From a virus, in the IMG/VR virus record IMGVR_UViG_3300044731_001110, positions 5,147 through 69,146 of that record: DNA of 64,000 nucleotides. The stretch is one strand, 5' to 3'. Position 1 is the stretch's first letter; the number at the start of each line of letters is the position of its first letter. Made by a program: the position numbers and the translations under genes. Below, in pieces: positions 36,873-46,835 of this stretch. Below the pieces are notes generated by a model. That model made no database searches. It had not been told where the DNA came from and was given only the letters and a program-made list of their open reading frames with translations.

Positions 36873-38966
36873 TCAAGATTTTGGTATTACTAATCTTTTA
36901 AGGTCAAATTTAAATCTTTCATTTTTTGATAAATCCCTAATAATATCTTGTGGTATGTTGTCACCAAGTCTTGGTACACCATATCTTTCACCTAACGAAT
37001 TAAATAAACTAACAACCTCTTTAGTTTTTTCATCACCAACTAAAAATTCTCTATACTGGTCTACTGTAACATTTGGGAATTTGATAGCACCGACCATTGT
37101 TTTATCCATTTTCAATACTTTTGTTGATAGTGATATTGTTTGTGCTTCTCTAGTTCTTCCAGATTTTAACAAGTTTGGTGTTTTAATAAGTTCAATAATT
37201 CTATTTTTATCATAATAATATAAATCAACACTCATATTTTGTTGGTTTGGTACACCAACAAGTAAACCTGTAATATCTGTTAGTAAAAAATTTAATAAAT
37301 CTTCAGCTTGATTTTTTAAATCTTGATTCTCACTTTTAAGTAGTAATTCAAGAAAATTTGGGTACTGACTCAACTCTATTAATTTATTTTTATTTTCTTG
37401 AGAACCATTATATCTTGATACAAATTCACCAACAGATTTTCTAATACTTTTAAGTGAAATTCTTTCACCAGTATTTCTAATAATCTTACATGAAAGTTTA
37501 TCACCATTTTTTGTTAATACGTCAAATGGTGAAGACAAACTAGTTGCTAAAGTCCCATCAAGAAAACCAGTAACCATACCTTCAAAATCAAAACCCCTTG
37601 TTTTACTTTTAACAAATCTTTGGAAATAATTATTAAATCTATACCTTGATCTTTCAGAAACATTATTTAAATCAAGTGACATTAACTCTTGTAAAGTTCT
37701 ATTAAAATTTATGGTACCTCTCTCGATTTCAGCACTTATAATATTATTTATAGCTTCAGCCGCGGCTTCAGCATCTAAAGGAATAAGACGAATTTTTTGT
37801 AATTCTCTAGACATAATCTTTTTAATGTCCGGATCAAGTTCCTCATTCTCAACAATCAATCTTGCTATTGATTCTGATAATTTTTTTCTAGATTTTGAAA
37901 CAAACAAATCATTTACAAAATCCCAATTAATATGATTCCAAAAATTTTTAATATATTCGTCTCTTTTATTTCTGTATCTTAAATAATAAGCATGTTCCCA
38001 CAAATCAAGACCAAGTAATGGATAGCCACCATCTTTAATAATATTCATTAAAGGGTTATCTTGATTTGGTGTTGACATTATTTTTAATCTATTTGTTTTT
38101 GTTAACACTAACCAAACCCAACCAGACCCAAATCTTTCTTTGGCAACCTCATTAAATTCGTCTTTCATTTTTTTAATGTTGCCATATTGTTTTGTAATCT
38201 TTTCAAAAATTTCACCTTTTGGTATTTGTTTTTTTGGTGATAACATTTTCCAAAATAAGGCATGATTAAAAGCTCCACCGGCATTATTTCTAACACTTGT
38301 ATCAAATTTACTTATTGATTTAATAATATCTTCAAGGTCTTCATATTTTAAAGTTGTATTACTTAGCGCCTTGTTTAATTTTTTAACATATCCTTTATAA
38401 TGTTTGTTATAATGAATATTCATAGTTTCAGTACCAACAAATTTGTTTAGTGCTGAATATGCGTATGGAAGTTTTTCAATACCAATTTTTTTCATTTCAA
38501 GAAGTAGATTGTTTTTAATCTCTTCTTTTTCGGTTAATAATATTTGTTCGTTTAATAATTTAATTTTTTTATTAAAACTTTCATACATCATCTCTTCTTT
38601 ATCTGGATTGTCTTTTTCAAATTGTTTAATCAAAGAACCAGCTTTTGCATTTGCCTCATCTTCTAGTGGTCCACCTATATCTTGTCCTGGTTTTTTTCCT
38701 TGTAAATTTATTTGTTTTTCGTGAATCCATTCGTGTGCCAATGTTCTGGCAATATCACGATTCATTCTTCCTTTTGTAAGAATTTTAAGTTCTGAATCTT
38801 TTGTTCTACTTCCAGAGGACATTGTACCATATCTCTCACCGGTAAAAATAATTGTGATATCATCTTTTAATGGATGTTTTTTTTGTAAAAACTTAATAAA
38901 ATTATTCATAAGTTCTCTGTCTTTTTCAGACATATCACATTTGATGTGTTTAACTTTTACTTTCAT
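36873..38966 (-). CDS. Three-domain fusion: HExxH metallopeptidase-like, Fe/Mn superoxide dismutase, PD-(D/E)xK-like domain
   Basis: LAHEWIH...EDEAN; LPYAYSAL, HYNKH, NH, FGSGW, NQD, DLWEHAYY; GFDFE...PFDV...LSCK. Confidence 0.8.
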   Translation of the reverse strand: MKVKVKHIKCDMSEKDRELMNNFIKFLQKKHPLKDDITIIFTGERYGTMSSGSRTKDSELKILTKGRMNRDIARTLAHEWIHEKQINLQGKKPGQDIGGPLEDEANAKAGSLIKQFEKDNPDKEEMMYESFNKKIKLLNEQILLTEKEEIKNNLLLEMKKIGIEKLPYAYSALNKFVGTETMNIHYNKHYKGYVKKLNKALSNTTLKYEDLEDIIKSISKFDTSVRNNAGGAFNHALFWKMLSPKKQIPKGEIFEKITKQYGNIKKMKDEFNEVAKERFGSGWVWLVLTKTNRLKIMSTPNQDNPLMNIIKDGGYPLLGLDLWEHAYYLRYRNKRDEYIKNFWNHINWDFVNDLFVSKSRKKLSESIARLIVENEELDPDIKKIMSRELQKIRLIPLDAEAAAEAINNIISAEIERGTINFNRTLQELMSLDLNNVSERSRYRFNNYFQRFVKSKTRGFDFEGMVTGFLDGTLATSLSSPFDVLTKNGDKLSCKIIRNTGERISLKSIRKSVGEFVSRYNGSQENKNKLIELSQYPNFLELLLKSENQDLKNQAEDLLNFLLTDITGLLVGVPNQQNMSVDLYYYDKNRIIELIKTPNLLKSGRTREAQTISLSTKVLKMDKTMVGAIKFPNVTVDQYREFLVGDEKTKEVVSLFNSLGERYGVPRLGDNIPQDIIRDLSKNERFKFDLKRLVIPKS

Positions 38967-38984
38967 CTTTTATAAATACTTTAT

Positions 38985-39015
38985 AAAATAAAAAACCCAC
39001 AATAGTGTGGGTTTT
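38985..39015 (-). terminator. Intrinsic terminator on the minus strand
   Basis: AAAACCCACA-loop-TGTGGGTTTT with an A-tract on the left (U-tract on minus). Confidence 0.7.
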
Positions 39016-39036
39016 ACAAAATTAAATTAATATTAT

Positions 39037-39384
39037 TTAAACACCCTGTGTTACTTTTGTAAATATACAAGTAGCAATAGCTAATGCTTTATCTTTTGCT
39101 CCGGCAGCAACTAATTCTTGACCACATTTTTTATATCTCTGTTCTGGATCTGGCATTGGCGGTAATTTCTGATTTGTTACAATTTCAGAAAATAAACTAA
39201 TACAAGCCGGTATTTTTGTTAAGTCAGTAATTTCAACGTTATTGTTAATACATTCTTTAACTGTTTCTGGTATTGATTCTACATTTTCGTTTAATTTCAT
39301 TTTTGAATTTAAATATCTTTGTTCGGAAAGAATATTTAACATTTCCATCTTTCTTATTTTAGTTTGACTTCTACTATTTAACAT
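39037..39384 (-). CDS. Hypothetical protein
   Basis: 115-aa ORF with an A-rich leader. Confidence 0.65.
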   Translation of the reverse strand: MLNSRSQTKIRKMEMLNILSEQRYLNSKMKLNENVESIPETVKECINNNVEITDLTKIPACISLFSEIVTNQKLPPMPDPEQRYKKCGQELVAAGAKDKALAIATCIFTKVTQGV

Positions 39385-39408
39385 AATTTTTATTTTTAAT
39401 TTAATTTA

Positions 39409-39741
39409 TTAATATCTTCTATAACTTCTTTTATATTTTCTAGACTCTGTCATAGATGGTAAATCCATAGGAGTTGTTGGAATTTCTGTTTTTGTAAGCC
39501 CGGCAACTTCTTGGTACTTTGGAAAAAATTCTTTAACAAAAACATTAAATGGTACAGTCTCCATAGCTTTTGAAAGACATAAACTAGGGTTAAAACCGTC
39601 TTTTTTACATTCAGTTATTGATTGTACACCTTCTATGTTTGATAATTTATCCATAGCTGTAAAATCCATATTTTCTTCTTCTTTAATTATTCTTGAAATT
39701 AAACGACTAAGTTCTCTTTCGGATAGTTTAATTCTTTTCAT
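39409..39741 (-). CDS. Hypothetical protein with N-terminal KLSERELSRLISRIIKEE helix
   Basis: 110-aa ORF; minus-strand TATTTAT at 39757-63. Confidence 0.7.
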   Translation of the reverse strand: MKRIKLSERELSRLISRIIKEEENMDFTAMDKLSNIEGVQSITECKKDGFNPSLCLSKAMETVPFNVFVKEFFPKYQEVAGLTKTEIPTTPMDLPSMTESRKYKRSYRRY

Positions 39742-39781
39742 ATTATTAGTTTCCTAATAAATATACCAACATTTAAAAAAA

Positions 39782-41542
39782 CTAATTTCTTTTATTAATT
39801 AGTTTAAGTATTTCTTCTACAACATCTACAGATTCAGAAACCTCATCACCCATAACGGTGCCAATGATTTTCTTTTTGGTGTTTAAGATATCATAGATAA
39901 CACCCTCAATTGTGTTTTCAAAAATTGGGTAATAAACAAGAACATTATTTTTTTGTCCGTATCTGTAAGCTCTATCTTCTGCTTGTGCGTGTTCTGCCGG
40001 GACAAAAGATAAATCATTCATAATTACAACTTCAGCTGAAGTTAATGTAAGACCAACACCGGCAGCTTTTAAATTCCCAACAAAAACTTTTATTTTTTCA
40101 TTATCCTGGAATTGGTCAACAGCGTGTTGTCTTTGTACTTTATTACAACTACCATCTAAATAAACAGATTGTTTTCCAAAATGATTATGAATAAGTTGTA
40201 GTGTATCTGTAAAATTTGTAAAAATAATAACTTTCTTTCCTTGTTCGATAATATTTTCAGCAAACTCAATTGTTTGTTTCACTTTTTCATTTGCAATTAC
40301 TTTTCTTACTTTCATTAGTTTTGAAAACTGAACGGTAAGTGATGACGACTCTTCTTTTTTATTTTCTAACCATTCATAATATTCACCCATTAAATCTTTA
40401 TATTCTTTTGATGAGGTTCTTAAATAAACCGGTGTAATAATTTTATCTGGTAAATCTAAAACATCTTCTTTTAATCTACGAAGAATTTGACCTGATGTTC
40501 TATCTCTTAACTCTTCCAAGTTTGACGCACCAGTAACATTCCACACTTTTCTATTTCCAGCTCTAAATTGATAACCTTGACAATAACGAATTGCGTAAGC
40601 CATCCAATTTTGGGCTACCGGACTTTCTATTATGTTTAATAAGTTATAATAATTCATTGGACGAGATGTCATTGGAGTTCCGGTTAATAACCAAACTCTT
40701 TTAACATCTTTTACAAAATTGTTTATAATTTTTGTTCTTTGGGCTTGAGCATTTGAAATCATATGAGCCTCATCTAAAATCACTAATTCAAACCCTGATT
40801 TAACAAGTAATGAATTTTCTTTATCCTTTGGGTCGTGAAAGTTTTTTAATATATCATAGTTTACAATAACAAAATCGTGTTCAGTTGAAAATTTCTTACC
40901 TTCAGCAATATATACGGTTCTATCCGAATAATTTGCAATTTCTCTTTCCCAATTTATTTTAAGTGATGCCGGACAAATAATTAAAATCTTTTTTGCTCCG
41001 GTCTCAAGTGCTGCAATAATTGTTGAGGTCGTTTTACCAAGACCCATATCATCAGCTAATATAAATCTTTTTGAACCGACAAGTTTCTCAACAGCATCTT
41101 TTTGATGTGATAGTGGTGGTCTATGTTCGTATTTTGAATAATCAATCTCAACTTTTTCAACCGAGTGTGTTTTAATTAAAGATGATTTTGGAACCCAAAA
41201 TTCAGATAAATTATCTTTCTCAAAAAATTTTCCCCAGATATGATATGATTTATCTTTCTCAACTAATAATTTCTCAATATAAACTTTTTGTGGTGTTTCA
41301 AACAAATATCTTTCTTGTGCAAACTTTTTAGCAAAATAAGTATCAAGAAAAACCCACTTACGAGCAACCTTTGGTTTTGTATCAAAATAATTAACAATAT
41401 AATCAGCTTGAGTCCTTGTTGGAAAAAACTTTTTGTTTGTTTCCATTTTGGATTTCATATATAGAATATAGTTGTTGGCACCACTATATGACTCCAACAA
41501 TTCTAATGCCTTGTGTTCTATTAATTGTTTTTGAATTTCCAA
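39782..41542 (-). CDS. SNF2-family (SMARCAL1/HARP-like) helicase/translocase
   Basis: LADDMGLGKT, DEAH, LTGTP, GVGLTL, QAEDRAYRYGQ. Confidence 0.92.
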   Translation of the reverse strand: MEIQKQLIEHKALELLESYSGANNYILYMKSKMETNKKFFPTRTQADYIVNYFDTKPKVARKWVFLDTYFAKKFAQERYLFETPQKVYIEKLLVEKDKSYHIWGKFFEKDNLSEFWVPKSSLIKTHSVEKVEIDYSKYEHRPPLSHQKDAVEKLVGSKRFILADDMGLGKTTSTIIAALETGAKKILIICPASLKINWEREIANYSDRTVYIAEGKKFSTEHDFVIVNYDILKNFHDPKDKENSLLVKSGFELVILDEAHMISNAQAQRTKIINNFVKDVKRVWLLTGTPMTSRPMNYYNLLNIIESPVAQNWMAYAIRYCQGYQFRAGNRKVWNVTGASNLEELRDRTSGQILRRLKEDVLDLPDKIITPVYLRTSSKEYKDLMGEYYEWLENKKEESSSLTVQFSKLMKVRKVIANEKVKQTIEFAENIIEQGKKVIIFTNFTDTLQLIHNHFGKQSVYLDGSCNKVQRQHAVDQFQDNEKIKVFVGNLKAAGVGLTLTSAEVVIMNDLSFVPAEHAQAEDRAYRYGQKNNVLVYYPIFENTIEGVIYDILNTKKKIIGTVMGDEVSESVDVVEEILKLINKRN

Positions 41543-41601
41543 AATTAATACTTATATATAAAAATAACAATAAAAAGAATATTTATCAATAAATAACTAT
41601 T

Positions 41602-42114
41602 ATGGATAATAGAGTTCCTATAACAAGACTTGGTAAATTTTTTGGAGACAATGACTTTAGTCTTGAAATTGAGATGGGTCAAGAGTGGTTAATTGGTGAT
41701 ATGAACTTTACTTGTGTTTTATATAAGGTTGATAAAACTAAAACAAAAACTGATGATGTTTACGGTGAAACTGTTTCGGATGGTATTAAATTCTTAGCTC
41801 CGGTTGAATTTAACGCATTTGTTCAAATTGCAACACCAGAAAATAAAAATGTTGGGTCAACTAAAAATGCACAAATAGAACCTGGAAATATTACAATTTC
41901 TGTTTATTTAAAAACATTGGAAGAATTAGATATTGATATTGATTACGGTGATTACGTTGGTTATTATGATACCGAAAATTTTGTAAGATATTATACCGTT
42001 GTAAATGATGGTAGGGTATTGTCAGATTTTAAACACACATATAAAGGATATCGTCCTTTTTACAAGACAATAATTGCGGCTCCGGTTGGGCCAAACGAAT
42101 TTAGAGCATTATAA
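41602..42114 (+). CDS. Putative head-tail connector/neck protein (gp14-like)
   Basis: Position before tail terminator and sheath; DDVYGE motif; beta-rich. Confidence 0.5.
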   Translation: MDNRVPITRLGKFFGDNDFSLEIEMGQEWLIGDMNFTCVLYKVDKTKTKTDDVYGETVSDGIKFLAPVEFNAFVQIATPENKNVGSTKNAQIEPGNITISVYLKTLEELDIDIDYGDYVGYYDTENFVRYYTVVNDGRVLSDFKHTYKGYRPFYKTIIAAPVGPNEFRAL

Positions 42115-43151
42115 TGGGTTTACCAAAAAAAATTAAAAAATATATTCCACTTACGGAAGAAAAAACACTTCTACCAAGAAGACGTGAACTTCGTGATCAA
42201 ATCGAAGCTGATGGTACTTTTTTACCTAAAAGTTTATTACACGCAGATCTTGACCGTGGATTTTTAGATTTTGTTCGTGATGAGTTAAAGTGTGTTGTTG
42301 AAGGTAAAACAATTCCTATGATTGATATTTTAATCACAACACAAAACTGGGCACAGTTTGTTGAGACTTGGGATTTCCAAAACATTGATAAAAACAGCGA
42401 ACCACCATTTATTACTGTAATTAGAACTCCGGAAGTAAAGTATGGTAATAACCCATCTATTATTTATAACATACCAAATAGGAGATTATATTTTTACGCT
42501 AAGGTACCAACTTGGGACGGTAATAAAAATGGTTACGACATTTATAAAATACCTCAACCGGTTCCAGTTGATATTACATATACTGTTGCAATTATTTGTA
42601 ATAGAATGAGAGAAGTTAATAAATTTAATCAAATCGTTCTTGAAAAATTCGCATCACTACAAGCGTATCAAGTTATTAAAGGACATTATATTCCAATTAA
42701 AATGAATAGTATTACGGATGAATCTGTTATGGAATTAGAAAAAAGAAAATACTACATTCAAAAATATGAATTTACAATGAATGGATTTTTAATTGATGAG
42801 GATCAGTTTGAAGTTAGTCCTGCAATAACAAGAACATTTCAAATTTTTGAAACCGAAACAAAATATAAGAAGAATAAATATCGAGGTAAAGTTCCTCCGG
42901 AACCAGCAACATTTGATTTTGTGTTTCCAACAACAAGTGATGAGGTTGAGGAATTATTTAACTATACTTTAAATTTAAATTTAACTTTTTCAGATAATGT
43001 TAGTTCATTTCAAGTTTATATAAATGGTGATTACTATGGTGGTGATTTGGATAAAATCCAAGTTAATACAAACGACACTATTCTATTTACAATAGTTAGA
43101 CTAGACGCAACAAAAGACGCTAAATTAGTTTATACACAGTCACTAGTCTAA
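42114..43151 (+). CDS. Putative tail terminator/sheath stabiliser (T4 gp15-like)
   Basis: PVPVDITYTV motif; position upstream of the sheath gene. Confidence 0.55.
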   Translation: MGLPKKIKKYIPLTEEKTLLPRRRELRDQIEADGTFLPKSLLHADLDRGFLDFVRDELKCVVEGKTIPMIDILITTQNWAQFVETWDFQNIDKNSEPPFITVIRTPEVKYGNNPSIIYNIPNRRLYFYAKVPTWDGNKNGYDIYKIPQPVPVDITYTVAIICNRMREVNKFNQIVLEKFASLQAYQVIKGHYIPIKMNSITDESVMELEKRKYYIQKYEFTMNGFLIDEDQFEVSPAITRTFQIFETETKYKKNKYRGKVPPEPATFDFVFPTTSDEVEELFNYTLNLNLTFSDNVSSFQVYINGDYYGGDLDKIQVNTNDTILFTIVRLDATKDAKLVYTQSLV

Positions 43152-43312
43152 TCTTCACCGTAAATATCTTTCTTTTCTTTACATTTCTCAATAATAAGAC
43201 TTTCCAAGAACTTATACATTTTAAGTCCTCGTTTATCACAATACTTTTTTAAAATGTTGTGAACATCTTTATCAATCTTTAAATTTTTAATGTTTTTAGG
43301 TTCTTTATCCAT
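43148..43312 (-). CDS. Small ribbon-helix-helix-like regulator
   Basis: MDKEPKNIKNLKIDKDVHNILKKYCDKRGLKMYKFLESLI; ATG at 43312; minus-strand TATTTAT at 43349-55. Confidence 0.7.
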   Translation of the reverse strand: MDKEPKNIKNLKIDKDVHNILKKYCDKRGLKMYKFLESLIIEKCKEKKDIYGED

Positions 43313-43334
43313 AGGTAGAAAAAAGGTAGAAAAA
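43313..43334. repeat. Tandem 11-bp direct repeat AGGTAGAAAAA x2, candidate operator
   Basis: 43313-43323 and 43324-43334, abutting the RHH start codon. Confidence 0.6.
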
Positions 43335-43348
43335 AATCTCACCAAAAT

Positions 43349-43398
43349 ATAAATAGTTTATAATAAGTAAAGTTTTTACTAAAAACACTAATATTTAT
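43349..43398. promoter_or_regulatory. Divergent TATTTAT motifs for the RHH gene and the sheath gene, flanking an AGTAAA-N3-TTTACT inverted repeat
   Basis: Minus copy at 43349-55, inverted repeat at 43366-80, plus copy at 43392-98. Confidence 0.6.
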
Positions 43399-43432
43399 TA
43401 TAAAAATAAATTTATAAAACATTAAAAAAACA

Positions 43433-46400
43433 ATGGCTACTAATAGTAAAGTTTTCGTATCCCCAGGTGTTTATACATCAGAAGTTGATTTAAGTTTCGT
43501 AGCACAAAGTGTTGGTGTAACAACATTAGGTATTGTAGGTGAAACAATTAAAGGACCTGCATTTGAACCAATCTTTGTTAGAAACTATGATGAATTTCAG
43601 GCATATTTTGGGGGAACACTACCAGAAAAATTCGTAGGAACTCAAATTCCTAAATATGAAGCACCGTATATTGCAAAGGCGTATTTACAACAATCAAATC
43701 AATTATTTGTAACTAGAATTTTAGGACTATCTGGTTATGACGCTGGACCATCTTGGTCTATACTAACTAAAGCAAATCTTGACCCAGCAACATTAGATTA
43801 CTGGTGTTTAAGCGGTTCTGTTGTTAATTGTGAACCGGTTTGTGTTGTTAAAAAAGAAAAAACTTTTGCTTTTGATTTTAGTGCTTGTACTAATGGGAAT
43901 GTCTTGTATTTAGACAATACACAAATACCAAGTGAAATTTTTAACATATTTACATCACAATATGAACAATTTAATGGAAATGTGTCAACATTGCAAGATG
44001 ATATTGATGGAATTATATTAGACGTTGTTCAAGACCCTAATCCTTATATGGCTGAAGATGAGAATATCAAATATTTTGGTTCAATACCAAAAGTAGATTA
44101 TGATTATTTAACTATTACTGGATATACAGCATCAACAAATGTTTTTAATGTTGATAATGTTTCTTTTGAAGACTCTAATCCAGCATCAGGTTTTAACGAC
44201 CCGTGGTATTATGCTTTATTTGAAAATATTGGTAATGGTGCGTATTCTGGTTTTTCATTTTTTACAACAATTACTGGTATTACTTATTTAAACCCAGTAA
44301 CAACAAGTACAACTACAATTGTACCAACAACCACAACCACAACTACAAATCCTTGTGTTACCCCAACACCTATCACCACAACTACAACAACAACACCTTT
44401 AATTGTTGATTGTTATTCTGGAACCGTAGTTGGTGTTATCTATTATTACACAGGTACTTCATTTACTGAATATGATGATTTAGTTGTATGCACTTTAAGA
44501 TCAAGAGGTTTATCAACATATAGTGATGGTATTAACCCAATTTATGAAGTTACTGGTACAACACAAGTAACATATGATATGTCTGGAGAATACAGTGGAG
44601 TATTAAAAAATCCTTATTTACCTTTTGCGATTAATGCTGTAAATAATGATGGTACAACATTTAACTTCCAAGTATCAATGAGTAACTCCGATGCTAATAA
44701 CATTAATAAAGTATTTGGTAGAGGTAATTTTGAAAAACCAAGAACACAAGTTCCATTAATGGTTGAGGAGTCTTATAATACTTTATTAAATTATGCTTGG
44801 AATAAGGGATATATTAGAGGTTTAAATCCTATTGTAGTCTCTTCTGAGGGTGCACAAGGAAATGACCAACAAACTATCGGTTGGTACCTAGATAAATTCC
44901 AATCACCAAGTTCACCTTGGGTTGTATCTGAATTAAGAGGTACAAAAGTTTATAACTTATTTAAGTTTTATACAATATCCGATGGTAATACCGCAAACTC
45001 TGAAGTTAAAATATCGTTAGCGGACCTTTCATTTAACAATGAAACATTCACAGTATTAGTTAGAGATTATTTTGATAATGATGCAAACCCAGTTGTACTT
45101 GAGAAATATACTAACTGTTCTATGAATCCATCTGAAAATAATTATATCGCTAAAAAAATAGGAACATTAGATGGTGAATATGAATTAAAATCTAAATACA
45201 TAATGGTTGAAATTAATGAGGATGCACCGGTAGATGCAATCCCTTGCGGTTTCCAAGGTTATACATTTAGAGAATATCCAGATGGAAAATCACCATTCCC
45301 AATTTATAAAACAAAATATTTCTTACCTGGTGAGCAAGTGTTTAATCCTCCTTTCGGAACCTCAACTGGTCAAGACGATGCTTTTGTAAGTGGTGGTGAC
45401 AATATAAGAAGAACTTATTTAGGATTAGGTTCGTATTGGGGTTATGATGGTGACTTCTTCCAATATAAAGGAAAAGTTAAACCATTTGATTTATGTAATG
45501 GTGAAGGTACAGAATGGAATTTTAGAACAAAAGGTTTCCATATGGACCAATTTGCAAGTGGTATTACAATATCTAGTTCATTTGCATCAAGTGGTACACC
45601 AGCATATGAAGTTGGTGTAACATCATTCTCATCTGAACCAGATAATCCTGAAAATCCTTATTACCGATTGAATGCTAGAAAATTCACATTATTTGTATAT
45701 GGTGGATTTGATGGTTGGGATATATATAGAGAATTTAGAACAAATGCTGACAAGTACGCACTTGGTAGAAGTGGATTCTTAAATGGAGCTTGTTCATCAA
45801 CAAGATATCCAAAAGGTAAAGGAAATGGATTGTTTAAACAAATTGCAATTGGTGATGGAAGTATTGAATTTGGAAATACAGATTACTACGCATATTTGTT
45901 AGGTCAAAGAACGTTTGCAAATCCTGAAGCTGTCAATATAAATGTATTTACAACACCTGGTATTGATATTCAAAACAATTCAGATTTAGTTGAAAGAGCA
46001 ATTAATATGATTGAAACTGAAAGAGCAGATTCATTATATATTGCAACAATGGCGGATTACAATATGTTTGTAGCATCAACAACTGAAGGTGATAATTTAA
46101 TTTACCCGCAAGAAGCTGTTGATATTGTTGAGGAAACTGGAATTGATTCTAACTATACTGCAACATATTATCCTTGGGTGTTAACAAGAGATAGTGTAAA
46201 CAATACACAAATCTATATTCCAGCAACTGCTGAAGTAACAAGAAACTTGGCATTAACCGATAATATTGCATTCCCTTGGTTTGCGGCAGCTGGTTATACT
46301 CGTGGTATTGTAAATTCAATTAAAGCTCGTAAGAAGTTAACACAAGAAGACAGAGACGTTCTTTATCTTGGTAGAATTAACCCTATTGCAACATTTGCTG

Positions 46401-46768
46401 ATGTAGGTACCGTAATTTGGGGTAACAAAACACTTCAAGTTAGAGAGTCAGCACTTGATAGAATTAACGTAAGAAGATTGTTATTACAAGCAAGAAAATT
46501 AATTTCTGCGGTTTCTGTAAGATTGTTGTTTGATCAAAACGACCAACAAGTAAGACAAGACTTCTTAAATGCTGTTAATCCAATCTTGGACGCAATTAGA
46601 AGAGATAGAGGTCTATATGACTTCCGAGTAACTGTTTCAAGTGATACGGAAGATTTAGATAAAAACCAATTAGTTGGTAAAATCTATATTAAACCAACAA
46701 GATCTCTTGAATTCATTGACATTACATTCTACATTACACCAACAGGTGCGTCGTTTGATGATGTATAA
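43433..46768 (+). CDS. Contractile tail sheath protein
   Basis: FVSPGVYTSEVDLS, GPAFEP, YYPWV, PWFAAAGYTRG, INPI, WGNKTL, RINVRRLL, KPTRSLEFI. Confidence 0.95.
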   Translation: MATNSKVFVSPGVYTSEVDLSFVAQSVGVTTLGIVGETIKGPAFEPIFVRNYDEFQAYFGGTLPEKFVGTQIPKYEAPYIAKAYLQQSNQLFVTRILGLSGYDAGPSWSILTKANLDPATLDYWCLSGSVVNCEPVCVVKKEKTFAFDFSACTNGNVLYLDNTQIPSEIFNIFTSQYEQFNGNVSTLQDDIDGIILDVVQDPNPYMAEDENIKYFGSIPKVDYDYLTITGYTASTNVFNVDNVSFEDSNPASGFNDPWYYALFENIGNGAYSGFSFFTTITGITYLNPVTTSTTTIVPTTTTTTTNPCVTPTPITTTTTTTPLIVDCYSGTVVGVIYYYTGTSFTEYDDLVVCTLRSRGLSTYSDGINPIYEVTGTTQVTYDMSGEYSGVLKNPYLPFAINAVNNDGTTFNFQVSMSNSDANNINKVFGRGNFEKPRTQVPLMVEESYNTLLNYAWNKGYIRGLNPIVVSSEGAQGNDQQTIGWYLDKFQSPSSPWVVSELRGTKVYNLFKFYTISDGNTANSEVKISLADLSFNNETFTVLVRDYFDNDANPVVLEKYTNCSMNPSENNYIAKKIGTLDGEYELKSKYIMVEINEDAPVDAIPCGFQGYTFREYPDGKSPFPIYKTKYFLPGEQVFNPPFGTSTGQDDAFVSGGDNIRRTYLGLGSYWGYDGDFFQYKGKVKPFDLCNGEGTEWNFRTKGFHMDQFASGITISSSFASSGTPAYEVGVTSFSSEPDNPENPYYRLNARKFTLFVYGGFDGWDIYREFRTNADKYALGRSGFLNGACSSTRYPKGKGNGLFKQIAIGDGSIEFGNTDYYAYLLGQRTFANPEAVNINVFTTPGIDIQNNSDLVERAINMIETERADSLYIATMADYNMFVASTTEGDNLIYPQEAVDIVEETGIDSNYTATYYPWVLTRDSVNNTQIYIPATAEVTRNLALTDNIAFPWFAAAGYTRGIVNSIKARKKLTQEDRDVLYLGRINPIATFADVGTVIWGNKTLQVRESALDRINVRRLLLQARKLISAVSVRLLFDQNDQQVRQDFLNAVNPILDAIRRDRGLYDFRVTVSSDTEDLDKNQLVGKIYIKPTRSLEFIDITFYITPTGASFDDV

Positions 46769-46785
46769 TAAAATAAAAGAAAATA

Positions 46786-46815
46786 AGAGGGGAGCAATAG
46801 TTCCCCTTTTTTTAT
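46786..46815 (+). terminator. Intrinsic terminator after the sheath gene
   Basis: AGGGGAGC-AATA-GTTCCCCT followed by a T run. Confidence 0.8.
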
Positions 46816-46835
46816 TTTAACAAGTATTTATTAAT

